From an uncultured delta proteobacterium (GTDB lineage Bacteria; Myxococcota_A; Polyangia; Polyangiales; Polyangiaceae): a DNA stretch of 64,000 bases. Both the position numbers and the translations under genes were made by a program. The notes beneath the pieces are model-generated. The model was not told the DNA's origin. It worked only from the letters and a program-made list of their open reading frames with translations, and did not search any database. This document shows positions 10,196 to 20,448 of the stretch, one piece after another; positions within the stretch are counted from its first letter, which is position 1, and every line of letters begins with the position of its first letter. The stretch covers positions 32,001-96,000 of the forward strand of contig CAVQUB010000020.1 in assembly GCA_963716725.1 (NCBI GenBank). The letters run 5' to 3'.

Positions 10196-11890
10196 CTAGC
10201 CTTCGGACACCGCTGCGACCTCACTCCACAGCCAGGCACGAGCTCGCGGTTCGCCTGCCGCGAGCTCGGCCAGATCGACGACGCTGCCGAGGCGAAGCGC
10301 TTGCGCTCCGCCTCGCACCAGCCGCGCCAGCGGGCCCGGGGGGCGGAAGTGCGCCGGCCCGATCACCATCGGTTCGAGCTTGGCCCCGACCGAGCCGATG
10401 CGCCGGCGCACATCGGCAAGCGCCAAGTCGAAGCCGCCGAGCTGATCGATCAGCCCGTGCGCGTGAGCATCGCGCCCGCTCCAAACCCGACCGCCCGCCA
10501 GCGGCTCAATCTGGTCGACCGAGCGACCCCGACCCCGCGCGACCACCTGCAAGAAGCTGGCGTAGACTTCGTCGAGCTGAGCTTCGAGCGCTGATCGTTC
10601 GTCAGTGGTCAGTCGACGGGAGGGGTTGGTCATGTCCGCTCGCTTCCCACGCTTCACGACCTCAATGGCCACCCCGAGCCGCGCCAGGAGCGACTCGGCC
10701 ACGAGTCGTGCCGCGACGACGCCGATGCTTCCGGTCACCGTAGTCGGCTGAGCCACGATAGTCGGCGCTCCCACCGCGATCAGGTAGCCACCGCTCGCGG
10801 CGACATCGCCCATGTACACCGCCACCGGTTTCTGCTTGGCCAGCAGGCTTAGCTCCCGGAGCATGCGATCGCTGGCGAGGGCGCTCCCGCCACGCGAGTT
10901 CACGACCACGACCACCCCGCTCACCCGCGAGTCCTCGCGGGCGCGCTCGAGCGTGCGGCAGACCGGGCCCTCGGCCGCGACGGGCATCAGCGAGAGGGGA
11001 GCCTCGGACACGATGGCGCCGACGACCTCCACCACGGCGACGGAGCGCGGACGCCGAAACGGGACGAATCGTGGGGTTCGGCGCCGTAGGTAGCCGGCGG
11101 CCGGGACCAGAGGGGCCCCCTTCGTCCGAGTCGCATCCAGGCGCCCCGCCAGCTCATCGGGGTAGATGACGTCGTCGACGAGCCCGGCGTCGAGGGCGGC
11201 GCGGGCCGACCACGGCGCCTGGTCGACGAGGGACTCCGCCGCCGCGCGGTCGATACCGCGTCCCGATGCGAGCGCGTCCAGCAACGCGCCATGGGCCACG
11301 TCCAGCACGGCTCCGAGCTGCTCCCGCTGGGCTTCGCTCATGCTCTTTCGTTCGAGAAACTCCCCGGCGGTCTTGAACTGCCCCTTGGCGAATACCTCGG
11401 GCTCGACACCGACTCGATCGAGCAACCCCTTGAGATAGGTCGCCTCGATGGCGAAGCCCGTCAGCTCGAGGTGCGTCTCCGCGCCGACCAGTACTCGGTC
11501 CGCCGCACTGGCCACGTAGACCGCCAGAGTGCCTCCTCCGTGCGGCAAGTACACCGCGACCTGTTTGCCGGCTGCGCGAAACGCCAGCAGCACGTCGCGG
11601 AGCGAGGTCGCGCGAGCCGTGCCCACCCGCAGAGACTCGATGCGGACGAGAACCCCCGCGACGCGCGGGTCGGAGCCGGCTGCCTCGAGCAACTTGCGCA
11701 GAGCGTGCAGCGCTACGGGCTGACGGCCGCGTTGCCAGAAGGGAAGGGCGCGTGCGACCTCGACCAGCGCCCCGTCGATTCGTAGGTCGAGGAAGGCGCC
11801 CCGTGGCGCGGCGGTCCGGCGACGCAGCCAGCGAAGTGGCGTGAGTATCAACAGGAGCAGGTTGACGACGAAGGCGAAAGGGAAGCGCAC
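10196..11890 (-). CDS. sppA: Signal peptide peptidase SppA (S49, two-domain)
   Basis: GQFKTAGE, VNSRGGS, AASGGY, TGSIGV, GGRVWSG. Confidence 0.9.
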   Translation of the reverse strand: MRFPFAFVVNLLLLILTPLRWLRRRTAAPRGAFLDLRIDGALVEVARALPFWQRGRQPVALHALRKLLEAAGSDPRVAGVLVRIESLRVGTARATSLRDVLLAFRAAGKQVAVYLPHGGGTLAVYVASAADRVLVGAETHLELTGFAIEATYLKGLLDRVGVEPEVFAKGQFKTAGEFLERKSMSEAQREQLGAVLDVAHGALLDALASGRGIDRAAAESLVDQAPWSARAALDAGLVDDVIYPDELAGRLDATRTKGAPLVPAAGYLRRRTPRFVPFRRPRSVAVVEVVGAIVSEAPLSLMPVAAEGPVCRTLERAREDSRVSGVVVVVNSRGGSALASDRMLRELSLLAKQKPVAVYMGDVAASGGYLIAVGAPTIVAQPTTVTGSIGVVAARLVAESLLARLGVAIEVVKRGKRADMTNPSRRLTTDERSALEAQLDEVYASFLQVVARGRGRSVDQIEPLAGGRVWSGRDAHAHGLIDQLGGFDLALADVRRRIGSVGAKLEPMVIGPAHFRPPGPLARLVRGGAQALRLGSVVDLAELAAGEPRARAWLWSEVAAVSEG

Positions 11891-11949
11891 CGGGACGATC
11901 TTTACGCGATGCGGCGTGCGCGTCGATGCTCCCGCGCTAACCTAGTGGT

Positions 11950-12150
11950 ATGCCTCGGTCAGCCCTAAGCATCGCTCTCGCTGGCGCGCTGGCTTGGGGC
12001 TGCGCCGCCGCCCCTCCCCCGGCCATCCAGCCGCCCCCGCCCGCCGAACCCCGGACCCGGGTCGATCACCCCGGCCAGCGCGAGGAACAACCCGAGCTCA
12101 TCGCGCCGCCGCCCGCGTATGGCAACAAGGTCGTCCTGGCCTGCCGCTGA
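11950..12150 (+). CDS. Small Pro-rich lipoprotein
   Basis: Signal peptide with AWGC; PPPAYGNKVV tail. Confidence 0.55.
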   Translation: MPRSALSIALAGALAWGCAAAPPPAIQPPPPAEPRTRVDHPGQREEQPELIAPPPAYGNKVVLACR

Positions 12151-12180
12151 TCGGCTGCAACCGCCTCGTTCCTGGGTATA

Positions 12181-14022
12181 ATGCAGGGCATGTTCCCGGC
12201 CGGCGGACCCGAGCACGAAGTACGCGCCGGCACGCGTCTGGGTCGCTACGAGATTCTGGTGCCCGTCGCGCAGGGCGGCATGGCACGCGTGTGGGCGGCC
12301 AAGCAGCACGGGCAGCGCGGCTTCAGCAAGCTGGTCGCGATCAAGACCATCTTGCCGCAGCTCGCCAAGGACCCCGCGTTCGAGTCGATGTTCCTCGACG
12401 AAGCTCACCTGTCGGCGGGTGTGCACCACCCGAATGTTTGCGAGATCTTCGATCTCGGCGAAGAACAGGGGACGCTCTACATCGCCATGGAGTGGGTGAA
12501 CGGCGACGCGCTCAATCGCATCGTCAAGCCACCCGTGCCCAAGGGAGAGAAGAGCGTCTCCCAGCGTCTGAACGGCCGCATCGCCGCGCGGATCGTGGCC
12601 GACGCGGCGAAGGGCTTGCACGCTGCCCACGAGCTTCGCAACGACGGCGGTGAGCTGGTCGGCCTCGTGCATCGCGACGTCTCGCCGCAGAACATCTTGC
12701 TGTCCCTCGACGGAGTGGTGAAAGTCACCGACTTTGGCGTCGCCAAAGCCTTCAACAGCCAGCAAGAGGCGACCCTCGCCGGACAGGTGAAGGGCAAGGT
12801 CGCGTACATGTCGCCGGAACAGGCTCGAGGCGCCGTCGTCGACCGGCGCAGCGACGTGTTCGCGCTGGGTATCGTGCTCTACGAAGTCACGACCGCGCTC
12901 CGACCATTCTCGGGCGTGAACGAGCTCGAGGTGATGCAGTCGCTGGCCCACGGGCATTTCGACCCGCCGAGCGCCGTCGTCGCGGGGTTCCCCAAGGAGC
13001 TGGAGAGCATCATCTTGACGGCCATGAGCATGGACCCGGCACAGCGCTACCCGAGCGCCGACGCCATGCGACTGGCCCTCGAGGAGTGGCTCACGCGCTC
13101 GGGTCCGGTGCTCGCCGAGGCGCAAATCGCCGAGATCGTGAGGGAGCGAGTGGGCCACCGCATCGAGGAGCGGTTCGCGAAGATCCGCGAGCGAACTCGG
13201 ATCGCCTCCCCCGACGCCTCGTCGGTGCCACTCAGCTCGATGCCGCACACCTCCGCACCGTTCCCCCCCCCACCTCCGCTTCAAGAGAGCTCGAGCTCGT
13301 TTGCGCAGGCGCCGAGCGGGGTGAGCACCGTCAGTCATACCTCCGCGCCCAGCGCAGTGAGCACCGTCAGTCATACCTCCGCGCCCAGCGCCATCAGCCA
13401 TTTTGCGCCCGTGGTCCAGACCTCGGCGCCGCCACCCAGCAGGGTCGGGCGCAGCTCGGGCGCCGGCGCAGCAAAAACCGCGCTCGTGGGCGTAGCGGTC
13501 GGCGTTGGTGTGTTCTCGATGCTGGTGGTGGGCGGCGGCGGCCTGTACGTCATGCGCTCGAAGTCGAGCGCCGCTCGCGCCAACGCGACGGTCACGACTC
13601 CCGCGACGCAGACCGCGGTCGAGGCACCGCCGCCGCGTGACGTGCGCGTCGAGCTCGTCTCGCCGAAGTCGGGCGTGACACTGCTCGTCGATGGAGTGGT
13701 GCAACCCGTGGGACAGCTCACGCTGCCGCGTCCCACTCCCGGTGCAGGGCGCAAGCTCACTGCTCGGGCCGAAGGCTTCAAAGACGCAGAGCTCGCCTTC
13801 GACGACAAGACCGAGAAACTCGAGATTTCCCTGGTGCCTGCGGCTCCGGACGAGGACGAACCCCCGCCCGCTGCCCAGCCGGCGGCGAGCGAGAGCCCGG
13901 CGACCGAGCCAAAACCCACGGGTGCCGCGCCCGAGAAGAAACCGGAAACGAAACCGGAAGCGTCTGGCCCGGCAAAGCCCAAGGGCCCGACCAAGATCGA
14001 CATCCCCGACAACCCGTTTTGA
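12181..14022 (+). CDS. Membrane Ser/Thr protein kinase with C-terminal PEGA-like region
   Basis: GGMARV, VAIK, HRDVSPQN, DFG, YMSPEQ, TM helix, C-terminal DNPF. Confidence 0.92.
   Translation: MQGMFPAGGPEHEVRAGTRLGRYEILVPVAQGGMARVWAAKQHGQRGFSKLVAIKTILPQLAKDPAFESMFLDEAHLSAGVHHPNVCEIFDLGEEQGTLYIAMEWVNGDALNRIVKPPVPKGEKSVSQRLNGRIAARIVADAAKGLHAAHELRNDGGELVGLVHRDVSPQNILLSLDGVVKVTDFGVAKAFNSQQEATLAGQVKGKVAYMSPEQARGAVVDRRSDVFALGIVLYEVTTALRPFSGVNELEVMQSLAHGHFDPPSAVVAGFPKELESIILTAMSMDPAQRYPSADAMRLALEEWLTRSGPVLAEAQIAEIVRERVGHRIEERFAKIRERTRIASPDASSVPLSSMPHTSAPFPPPPPLQESSSSFAQAPSGVSTVSHTSAPSAVSTVSHTSAPSAISHFAPVVQTSAPPPSRVGRSSGAGAAKTALVGVAVGVGVFSMLVVGGGGLYVMRSKSSAARANATVTTPATQTAVEAPPPRDVRVELVSPKSGVTLLVDGVVQPVGQLTLPRPTPGAGRKLTARAEGFKDAELAFDDKTEKLEISLVPAAPDEDEPPPAAQPAASESPATEPKPTGAAPEKKPETKPEASGPAKPKGPTKIDIPDNPF
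13321..13392 (+). repeat. 36-bp tandem duplication in the kinase linker (VSTVSHTSAPSA x2)
   Basis: GTGAGCACCGTCAGTCATACCTCCGCGCCCAGCGC occurs twice in tandem. Confidence 0.9.
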
Positions 14023-14069
14023 GCCGCATGGGTGGTCGCGCGCTGCCGCGACCGTGTACACTCGTGCCG

Positions 14070-15020
14070 ATGCGCATCACGGCTCGATTCGCCGCCGTCG
14101 TCGCCGCGCTCTGCCTGCTCTCGGCGAGCGGCACGACTCAGGCCGAAGACGACGAGCAAACCGCAGAGGCCCGCCGCCTGTACGGCGAGGCCAAGAAGCT
14201 CATGGGCGCCAAGCAGTATCGGGAGGCCGCTGTGGCGTTCGAGGCCGCGGGCCGCCTGAAGACCAACGCCGTGGCCTACTACACCGCCGCGCAGGCTTGG
14301 GAGCTGGCCGCTGACGCCGCGCGCGCCGCCGACGCCTATGCGCTCGCGCTCGCGACCCCGAAGCTGAACGACGCACAGAGCAGCAAGTCGGAGGAGCGCC
14401 TGACCGAGCTCGAGAAGCAGGTCGGTTCGGTCAAAGTCAAAGGAGCGCAGGGCACGCGCGTCCGTATCGACGATCACATGGAACTCGGTGCACCTGCGAC
14501 GCTTCACGCTGGAGCCGGAGAGCACACGCTGGTCATCACGCGAGCGGACGGCTCGAGCGAGACTCGGAAGCTCGCGTTCGAGGCGGGCAAGTCCATCGAG
14601 GTCGACACCGGAGCGGAACCCGAGCTCCAGCCCGAGACCAAGAAAGTGAAGCGGGTCACGCTCTCCGAGACGCGCAAGGCCCCGGTCGACGAGCCGTCGA
14701 CGGGCCCCAGCCCTTGGAAGACCGTCGGTTTCATCGGCATCGGGGCAGGCGTGGCCGCGCTCGGCGGCGCGCTCGTGCTCGGCCTGTCGGCAAAGGACGC
14801 CGAAGACACTTACAAGAAACGGCCCACCCGCGAGACCTTGGACCACGCCAAGGGCCTGGAGTCCTCCACCAACATCATGTTGGTCGTCGGCGGGGTAATC
14901 ACGGCGGTCGGGGTCACGTTGGTGGTGTGGCCAGCGAAAAAGCAGCACAAGCCGTCCGCCGATACTGCCCTGAGCTTGCACCTCACGCCGACGGGCGTGA
15001 GCGCGGGGGCACGGTTCTGA
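14070..15020 (+). CDS. Exported TPR/PEGA-domain protein
   Basis: Signal peptide, TPR-like helices, PEGA-like beta region, two hydrophobic segments, C-terminal GVSAGARF. Confidence 0.75.
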   Translation: MRITARFAAVVAALCLLSASGTTQAEDDEQTAEARRLYGEAKKLMGAKQYREAAVAFEAAGRLKTNAVAYYTAAQAWELAADAARAADAYALALATPKLNDAQSSKSEERLTELEKQVGSVKVKGAQGTRVRIDDHMELGAPATLHAGAGEHTLVITRADGSSETRKLAFEAGKSIEVDTGAEPELQPETKKVKRVTLSETRKAPVDEPSTGPSPWKTVGFIGIGAGVAALGGALVLGLSAKDAEDTYKKRPTRETLDHAKGLESSTNIMLVVGGVITAVGVTLVVWPAKKQHKPSADTALSLHLTPTGVSAGARF

Positions 15021-16487
15021 TGCGCAGGCTCTGGATTGCGGGCGGCGTGGCGCTGGTCGGTGCGGCGGCGGCAGCCGCGTGCAGTCTCGATCTCGACGAG
15101 AGCCTGATCGACGCGGGTGACGCCAGCACGGACGGCGCTGCGGGATCCGGCGGCAGCGGTGGCAGCGGTGGCAGCGGTGGCAGCGGTGGTGACAGCGGCG
15201 GGACTGGTGGACAGGGGGACGGTGGACCGTGCGACGCCAATGATCAGTGCACGACGGATGCTGCGTGCCTCGAAGGACTGTGCGCCGGCGGGCAGTGCCT
15301 GTTCGCCATATGCCCAAGCACCGAAGCCTGCAAGGGCCGGAGTTGCGAGCCTGCTTCGGGTGTCTGCAGCGAGGCCAAGCCCTATGGCTTCAAGGCTGCC
15401 AGCATCGAGCTCAATGACGACGTCGGTTGCGGAGGCAATGCTTCGCGTTGCGTCGCCGCCTTCGGCGATCTCGTCTTCGTGTCCACCGCGGACGGCACGC
15501 TGCACGCCTGGAGAACCAGGAACGCCGCCGAACCGGACAAACTCACGGTCGAGTCCCCCACCTTCACCGTGGCACGCATGGTCGCGAGCGAAAACCGCCT
15601 GCTGCTGCTGTCTGCAGTGGCGTCCGGCAAGCTCCAGATCGCGTGGCTGGATGCGCCCACGGACCCCGAAATCCACGAAGCTGACGCTGACTTCGGTCGG
15701 CGTGAACTTCGCCGGCGCGACCAGCGCGGTCCACCCCCGGAGTCCAGGCTCGTTCTTCATCGTGGAGGCCAACCCCGCGGCGTTCTACCCCGCCGCCATC
15801 GTCAATCCCCCGGTGCAGAACAACAGCACGGTGTCCGCGTACCCGTCGACGGGCCTGGCCGCCGGCGCTTCCATCGTGGCCGCATCAGCCGACCGCTTGG
15901 TCAGCTTCCGCGTCGATGTGAGCGCCAATCCGGTGGTACCCACCTTCACTCTGGTGGACAAGCCCGGCACCCAGAACGCCCAGAACGGCGCCGAGCAGCC
16001 CCTCGCCTTCGAAGCCCCGCCCAGCATGTCCGCTCACCATTTCGCGAGCAACTTCGACGGCACTGTGCTCTGGAGCACCAATCGCGTGTTCCGAGACGGC
16101 ACGAATACGCCGCTCACCAAGGCTGTCGTGCTGCGGTGGCTGCTCGAGCCCGCGGCTACCAGCGTCAGTGGCAGCATGGACATCGACCTCGCCACCTACC
16201 CCGACGCGGACTGGGGCACGGTCCGGAGAGGCCCCATCGCGTTGATCGATTCGAGCACCGCGCTGACGACCGTTGCCAACAGTGCCGACCCACAGCAGAC
16301 CCTGGTGCGTGCCGTGCTGAAGAGCGGAACTTCGCTGACGCTGGGTACCGCCACTGCGGTCGTGCCCTTCACGGTGGGGCAGATCGGCGTGGCAGCCAAC
16401 CGCAAGGTCGGGGTCGTGCTCACCCCTGCCAACACTACGCTCTCGCTCCAGACCACCCTGCACGTGTTCGCGCCGGGCTGCGGCTGA
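15020..16487 (+). CDS. Cys-rich lipoprotein, frameshift at about 15665
   Basis: TGATG coupling, lipobox AAAC. N-half in the frame of ORF 14714, C-half in the frame of ORF 15117. Confidence 0.7.
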
Positions 16488-16490
16488 CGC

Positions 16491-17516
16491 TCACTGCACC
16501 AAGATCTGCTGGCGCGCCCAGGCCGAGCCGCCGCGATTGTCGTGAACGACCGCCCAGACGGTCATCGGCCCCGGCTTCTTGGGCGCAAACAGCTTGGTGC
16601 CGTAGTCGCCGTTCCAGCCCGTCTTCGCGTCGTTGAGCAGGCGCAGGTCGCTCTTCACGCCGCCTCGGTCGACGTAGTAACGAATCCACATCTGCTCTTC
16701 GTAGTTCTTGCCGTATGCGTCGACGGAGATTTGATCCACCTCCGCGCTGGCCGGATCGACGATGGGGCCGATGGAGATCTCCGGGCAATCTTCGGTGCCG
16801 TCATCCGGGCACGCCGCGACGCAAGGAACGCTGTCGCAACTCAGCGCGTCGAGCAGCGGTGTGTCGACGCACGCGCCGTCGACGCAGCTTCCCTTTGCCT
16901 CCTGACCGTTGACTCGGAAACCCGAGACGATGGCGTTTTGGTTGCGATATCCGTCGTAGGCGTAGACGGCGGAGAAGCCCGCCACGAAGTCCTCGGCGCC
17001 GAGCAGCTCGTCATCGGATCCGTAGCAGGCGACGGGAAACCCAACTTCGTCGCTCTCCGGCGGTGGACCGAGCTGTCCCGCGCAGGCCGCGAAGAAGACG
17101 AACGAGAGGCCGTAGGCGGGTTGCTTGGGATTCGGCGGAGGCGGACGGCTCGAGATGACGTCCGCGGGCATGGTGAAGCTGAAGCGATTGCCTACGCCAA
17201 AGTCGAATCCCGGGGGACCGCCGGGACCGGGCGGACCCGCCGTTGCAAACTCGACGAAGCACCCGGCGTAGAGATCACCCGGAGGGTTGAAGCAGCCGGA
17301 GAACCAACCGATCTGCACTGGCCGCGGCGCCTGCGTGGAGCCGTCGTGCCAGAGCATCTGAAGTTCGACCTGCTCGCCGGGCTTGGCGTAGGGCGCGCTC
17401 TTCTGCACGCCCAGGACCCGCAAGGTCTTGAGCTCCGACGGTGGGTCGAATTCGGCTCCGCACCCGGCTGCGGACGCGAGGACCAGGGCGATGACGGCGA
17501 ACTCGCGGGGTCTCAA
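16491..17516 (-). CDS. Lipoprotein partner of the TonB-dependent receptor
   Basis: AAGC lipobox, LRVLGV, WAVVHDNRGG; overlaps the receptor stop. Confidence 0.75.
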   Translation of the reverse strand: MRPREFAVIALVLASAAGCGAEFDPPSELKTLRVLGVQKSAPYAKPGEQVELQMLWHDGSTQAPRPVQIGWFSGCFNPPGDLYAGCFVEFATAGPPGPGGPPGFDFGVGNRFSFTMPADVISSRPPPPNPKQPAYGLSFVFFAACAGQLGPPPESDEVGFPVACYGSDDELLGAEDFVAGFSAVYAYDGYRNQNAIVSGFRVNGQEAKGSCVDGACVDTPLLDALSCDSVPCVAACPDDGTEDCPEISIGPIVDPASAEVDQISVDAYGKNYEEQMWIRYYVDRGGVKSDLRLLNDAKTGWNGDYGTKLFAPKKPGPMTVWAVVHDNRGGSAWARQQILVQ

Positions 17517-20281
17517 AACTCACCTCGCACACCCACGCTGGGGATGATGGGCAGACCGGTCTGGAAGGTCTCTTGGGTGTAATTGTAGTTGTAAGCGAGG
17601 TCCTCGACCGCCTGATTGTTGTAGACGTTGTACACGTCGAGATACGCCGAGAGTCGCCAGTCTTGGAACTGCCACGACTTGTCGACCCGCATGTCGAGCT
17701 GATGGAAGAGCGGCAAACGCCGGCTATTGGGCTTGCCCGTGAGCTGAGCGTAAGAGCCGGAGTCGGCCGCGTAGAGCGCCGGCAGCGCGGGCGGTTGCAG
17801 CACCGGCGTCGTGAGCGGGCCGGACACCAGGCGGAAGCGGGAGCCGAACTCCCACCCGCGTCCGAGCCGGTAGCTGCCGAGCGCGATCAGGTTGTGAGTC
17901 TGATCGAACTGGTAGAGATACTCCTCGTCGTCCGGCCGGTTCTGACGCACGGAGCGCGACAGTGTGTAGGCAATCCATCCGAAGAAGTTGGCGTCTGGCT
18001 TGTATTTGAGCAGAGCTTCCAGGCCGATCACCGAGCCCTGACCCTGGTTGTCGTAAGCGAACGCCCCGCTGGTGTCGGCGCTGCGACTGACGAGCTGAGT
18101 CAGGTCTTTGTAGAAGCCTTCGAGGGACAGCTCGATGCGACGGGACAACTCTTGCTCCGCGCCGATGGAATAGTGAATTGCGCGATTCGACTTCAGGTTC
18201 GGCGTGCCGAAGACCGGCTCGGTCTCCTGGAACTGAGGCGCCTGATGGAAGAGCCCCACGCCGCCCTTGATGGTGGTGCGCAGGCGCTTCTGCCCAATGG
18301 CCTCGTCTTCGTCGGACGCGACGGACGGCACCAGGTCGTAGCGAGCGTTGATGCGAGGGCTGAAGTCGGCGTGACCCGAGTCGCGGGCGTAGTCGACGCG
18401 GAAGCCGGGCACGATGCGCGCCCGCCTCGTCGGGGTCCACTCACCCTCGAGGTACCAGGCCGGACGAAAGGCCATCCCGGAGGCCTGGGTCTCGAAGATC
18501 TGCCGCGTGGCGAAGGGCCCTGGATCCGGCTCGCCCGGGCGCGGCGGCAGCGGGGCCCGGACCTGCACGTCGTAGGGAGCCACCAAGAAGTCGTAGCCAG
18601 CATAGAGCTTGAAACCCCGCGTGGCCTTGAACGCGAACTCCGTCCGGGCCGCGACGGGGTAAGTGTCGATCTGCAACTTGATGTTGCCCAAGGAGAACTG
18701 GATCAGATCCGATCCAGCCGAAACCATGGTGTTCACGTCCACGTCCGCCGAGAGCTCGCCCGTGTAGAGCGCCTGCGCACGGTGAGAACCCGTTCGGAAA
18801 GTGAGATTCCCGCCGAGCACGGGGTCGGCCGCCAATGGATCGCGGATCAGGATCTCGAGGCGATCGTCCGAGCCCCAGGCGCGCAGACTGAGCTTGCTCT
18901 TGGCCGAGGGTTTGTTCTCGGCGATGACCTGATAGTCCCAGTACACCGGCGCCGAGGTGACGCCCGCGCCGGTCTGCTCGAGCACGGGCTTGACCCAGGC
19001 GTCGATCCAGCTGCGGCGCGCGCCCGCCGCGAACGACCAGCCCTTGAGGGGTCCGATCGGTCCCTGAGCGAGCACCCGAGCGTCGATCAAGTCGACCTGC
19101 GCCAGCCCGTGATAGCAGCCCTTCTTCTCCGTCTTCTTGCCGTAGGGGCCGTCGCAGTTCGTATTCGGAGACCGCAGCCCGACGTCGACGATCCCGCCCA
19201 TCACCCGCCCGTAGCGGGCGCTGAAATTGCCGGGATAGAAATCGATGCGCTCGAGCAGCTCGGTGGGGACCACGCTCGACAGTCCACCAAAGTGGTAGAT
19301 GAGTGGTACCAGCGTTCCGTCGATGAAGGTGTTGGTGTCCTGGGGCGCGGAGCCGCGCACGATGAGGAGCCCAGCCAGACCCGGCGGGCGGGCGACCCCG
19401 GGCAGATTCTGAATCGACCTGAGCGCGTCTCCGCTGGTGCCGGGGATGCGGGAGATTTCCCGACGTTCGAGCGTGCGCCGGGTCACCTCGCGGGGTGGGC
19501 GCTCCCCTTGCACGGTGACCTCGAAGCCTTCGGTGGCGGGGGCGAGTCGATAGGTGATCTCCGCGGCTTCTCCCGCGACGACCGCTTCGTCGCTCTCCTG
19601 CCCGCGATAGCCGTCTGCCCTCAGCGCCACCTTGTACGTGCCGGGTGGGAGGTTTTCGATGCCCCACTTGCCGTCCGCGTCCGTGGTGATCCGACGAACC
19701 CCGCCATCGGGAAAGGTGACCACGACCTCGGCGCCCGCGAGGGGCACATTGGTGCCGGCAATCCGCAGCGAGCCCCCGAGGTTCCCAGTCTTCGGTGCGG
19801 CCGGGACCTTGGGTTTCTCACCCGGGGCGGGCGGGATCTCTTTCAGCGTGAACGAGTACTTGTACAGGATCTTGGCGGCGATCGGCTTGCCGTCGCGGGT
19901 AGCGGGCTCGAACACGAACTCGAGGGCCGCGGTCTTCGCCGCGCCGTCGAAACCGTGTCCGGCTGGCTCGGCCACCTCGGCTCGGGTGACCTTCCCCGTC
20001 GCGTCGATGGAGAGCTCGAGCACGACGTCGCCCTGGGTGCCCGCCTTTTGCGCCTCGGGTGGGTATGGGGCGCTGACGAATCGAAGCAGCTTCGGCGGGA
20101 CCACCACCGGCTTCTTGGGGGCGTCTTCCGGGGGCGGTGCCTTCACCACCGCGCCAGCGCCGCCGCGTGGGACCGCGCCGGTCCCGCGGTCGTCCTCCTG
20201 AGCGCGAGCAACCAGAGACCACCCGCTCGTCGCGACGGCGACGATCAGAGCAATCGATGGAGACGCGGGGGATCGGAACAC
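17513..20281 (-). CDS. TonB-dependent receptor with N-terminal TonB-C and carboxypeptidase-regulatory-like domains (start uncertain, up to 20425)
   Basis: YPPEA..GDVVLELSIDATG; plug DALRSIQNLPGV, RGSAP, YPGNFSARYG; C-terminal GVRGEF. Confidence 0.88.
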   Translation of the reverse strand: MFRSPASPSIALIVAVATSGWSLVARAQEDDRGTGAVPRGGAGAVVKAPPPEDAPKKPVVVPPKLLRFVSAPYPPEAQKAGTQGDVVLELSIDATGKVTRAEVAEPAGHGFDGAAKTAALEFVFEPATRDGKPIAAKILYKYSFTLKEIPPAPGEKPKVPAAPKTGNLGGSLRIAGTNVPLAGAEVVVTFPDGGVRRITTDADGKWGIENLPPGTYKVALRADGYRGQESDEAVVAGEAAEITYRLAPATEGFEVTVQGERPPREVTRRTLERREISRIPGTSGDALRSIQNLPGVARPPGLAGLLIVRGSAPQDTNTFIDGTLVPLIYHFGGLSSVVPTELLERIDFYPGNFSARYGRVMGGIVDVGLRSPNTNCDGPYGKKTEKKGCYHGLAQVDLIDARVLAQGPIGPLKGWSFAAGARRSWIDAWVKPVLEQTGAGVTSAPVYWDYQVIAENKPSAKSKLSLRAWGSDDRLEILIRDPLAADPVLGGNLTFRTGSHRAQALYTGELSADVDVNTMVSAGSDLIQFSLGNIKLQIDTYPVAARTEFAFKATRGFKLYAGYDFLVAPYDVQVRAPLPPRPGEPDPGPFATRQIFETQASGMAFRPAWYLEGEWTPTRRARIVPGFRVDYARDSGHADFSPRINARYDLVPSVASDEDEAIGQKRLRTTIKGGVGLFHQAPQFQETEPVFGTPNLKSNRAIHYSIGAEQELSRRIELSLEGFYKDLTQLVSRSADTSGAFAYDNQGQGSVIGLEALLKYKPDANFFGWIAYTLSRSVRQNRPDDEEYLYQFDQTHNLIALGSYRLGRGWEFGSRFRLVSGPLTTPVLQPPALPALYAADSGSYAQLTGKPNSRRLPLFHQLDMRVDKSWQFQDWRLSAYLDVYNVYNNQAVEDLAYNYNYTQETFQTGLPIIPSVGVRGEF

Positions 20282-20448
20282 GATGGGACGAGGGGCTCGG
20301 GCGCGCCCATGGCGCGGCACGTCAGGAACTCTCGTAGCGCGCGGGTCCGCCGCTGACAACGGCCTTGACGCTCCGGCGAACTTCCGGCCATCCACCAAGT
20401 CGTGATAGTTGCGGGCACGGTCCACGTCGGACCCTCAGGAGCGTCCCG

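Noticed and set aside
17573..20356. 927-aa plus-strand ORF and similar long antisense ORFs (11965-14061, 44520-46973, 54831-57101, 59414-61681)
   Set aside because: Shadow ORFs opposite well-supported genes; expected in high-GC DNA; no recognisable motifs.
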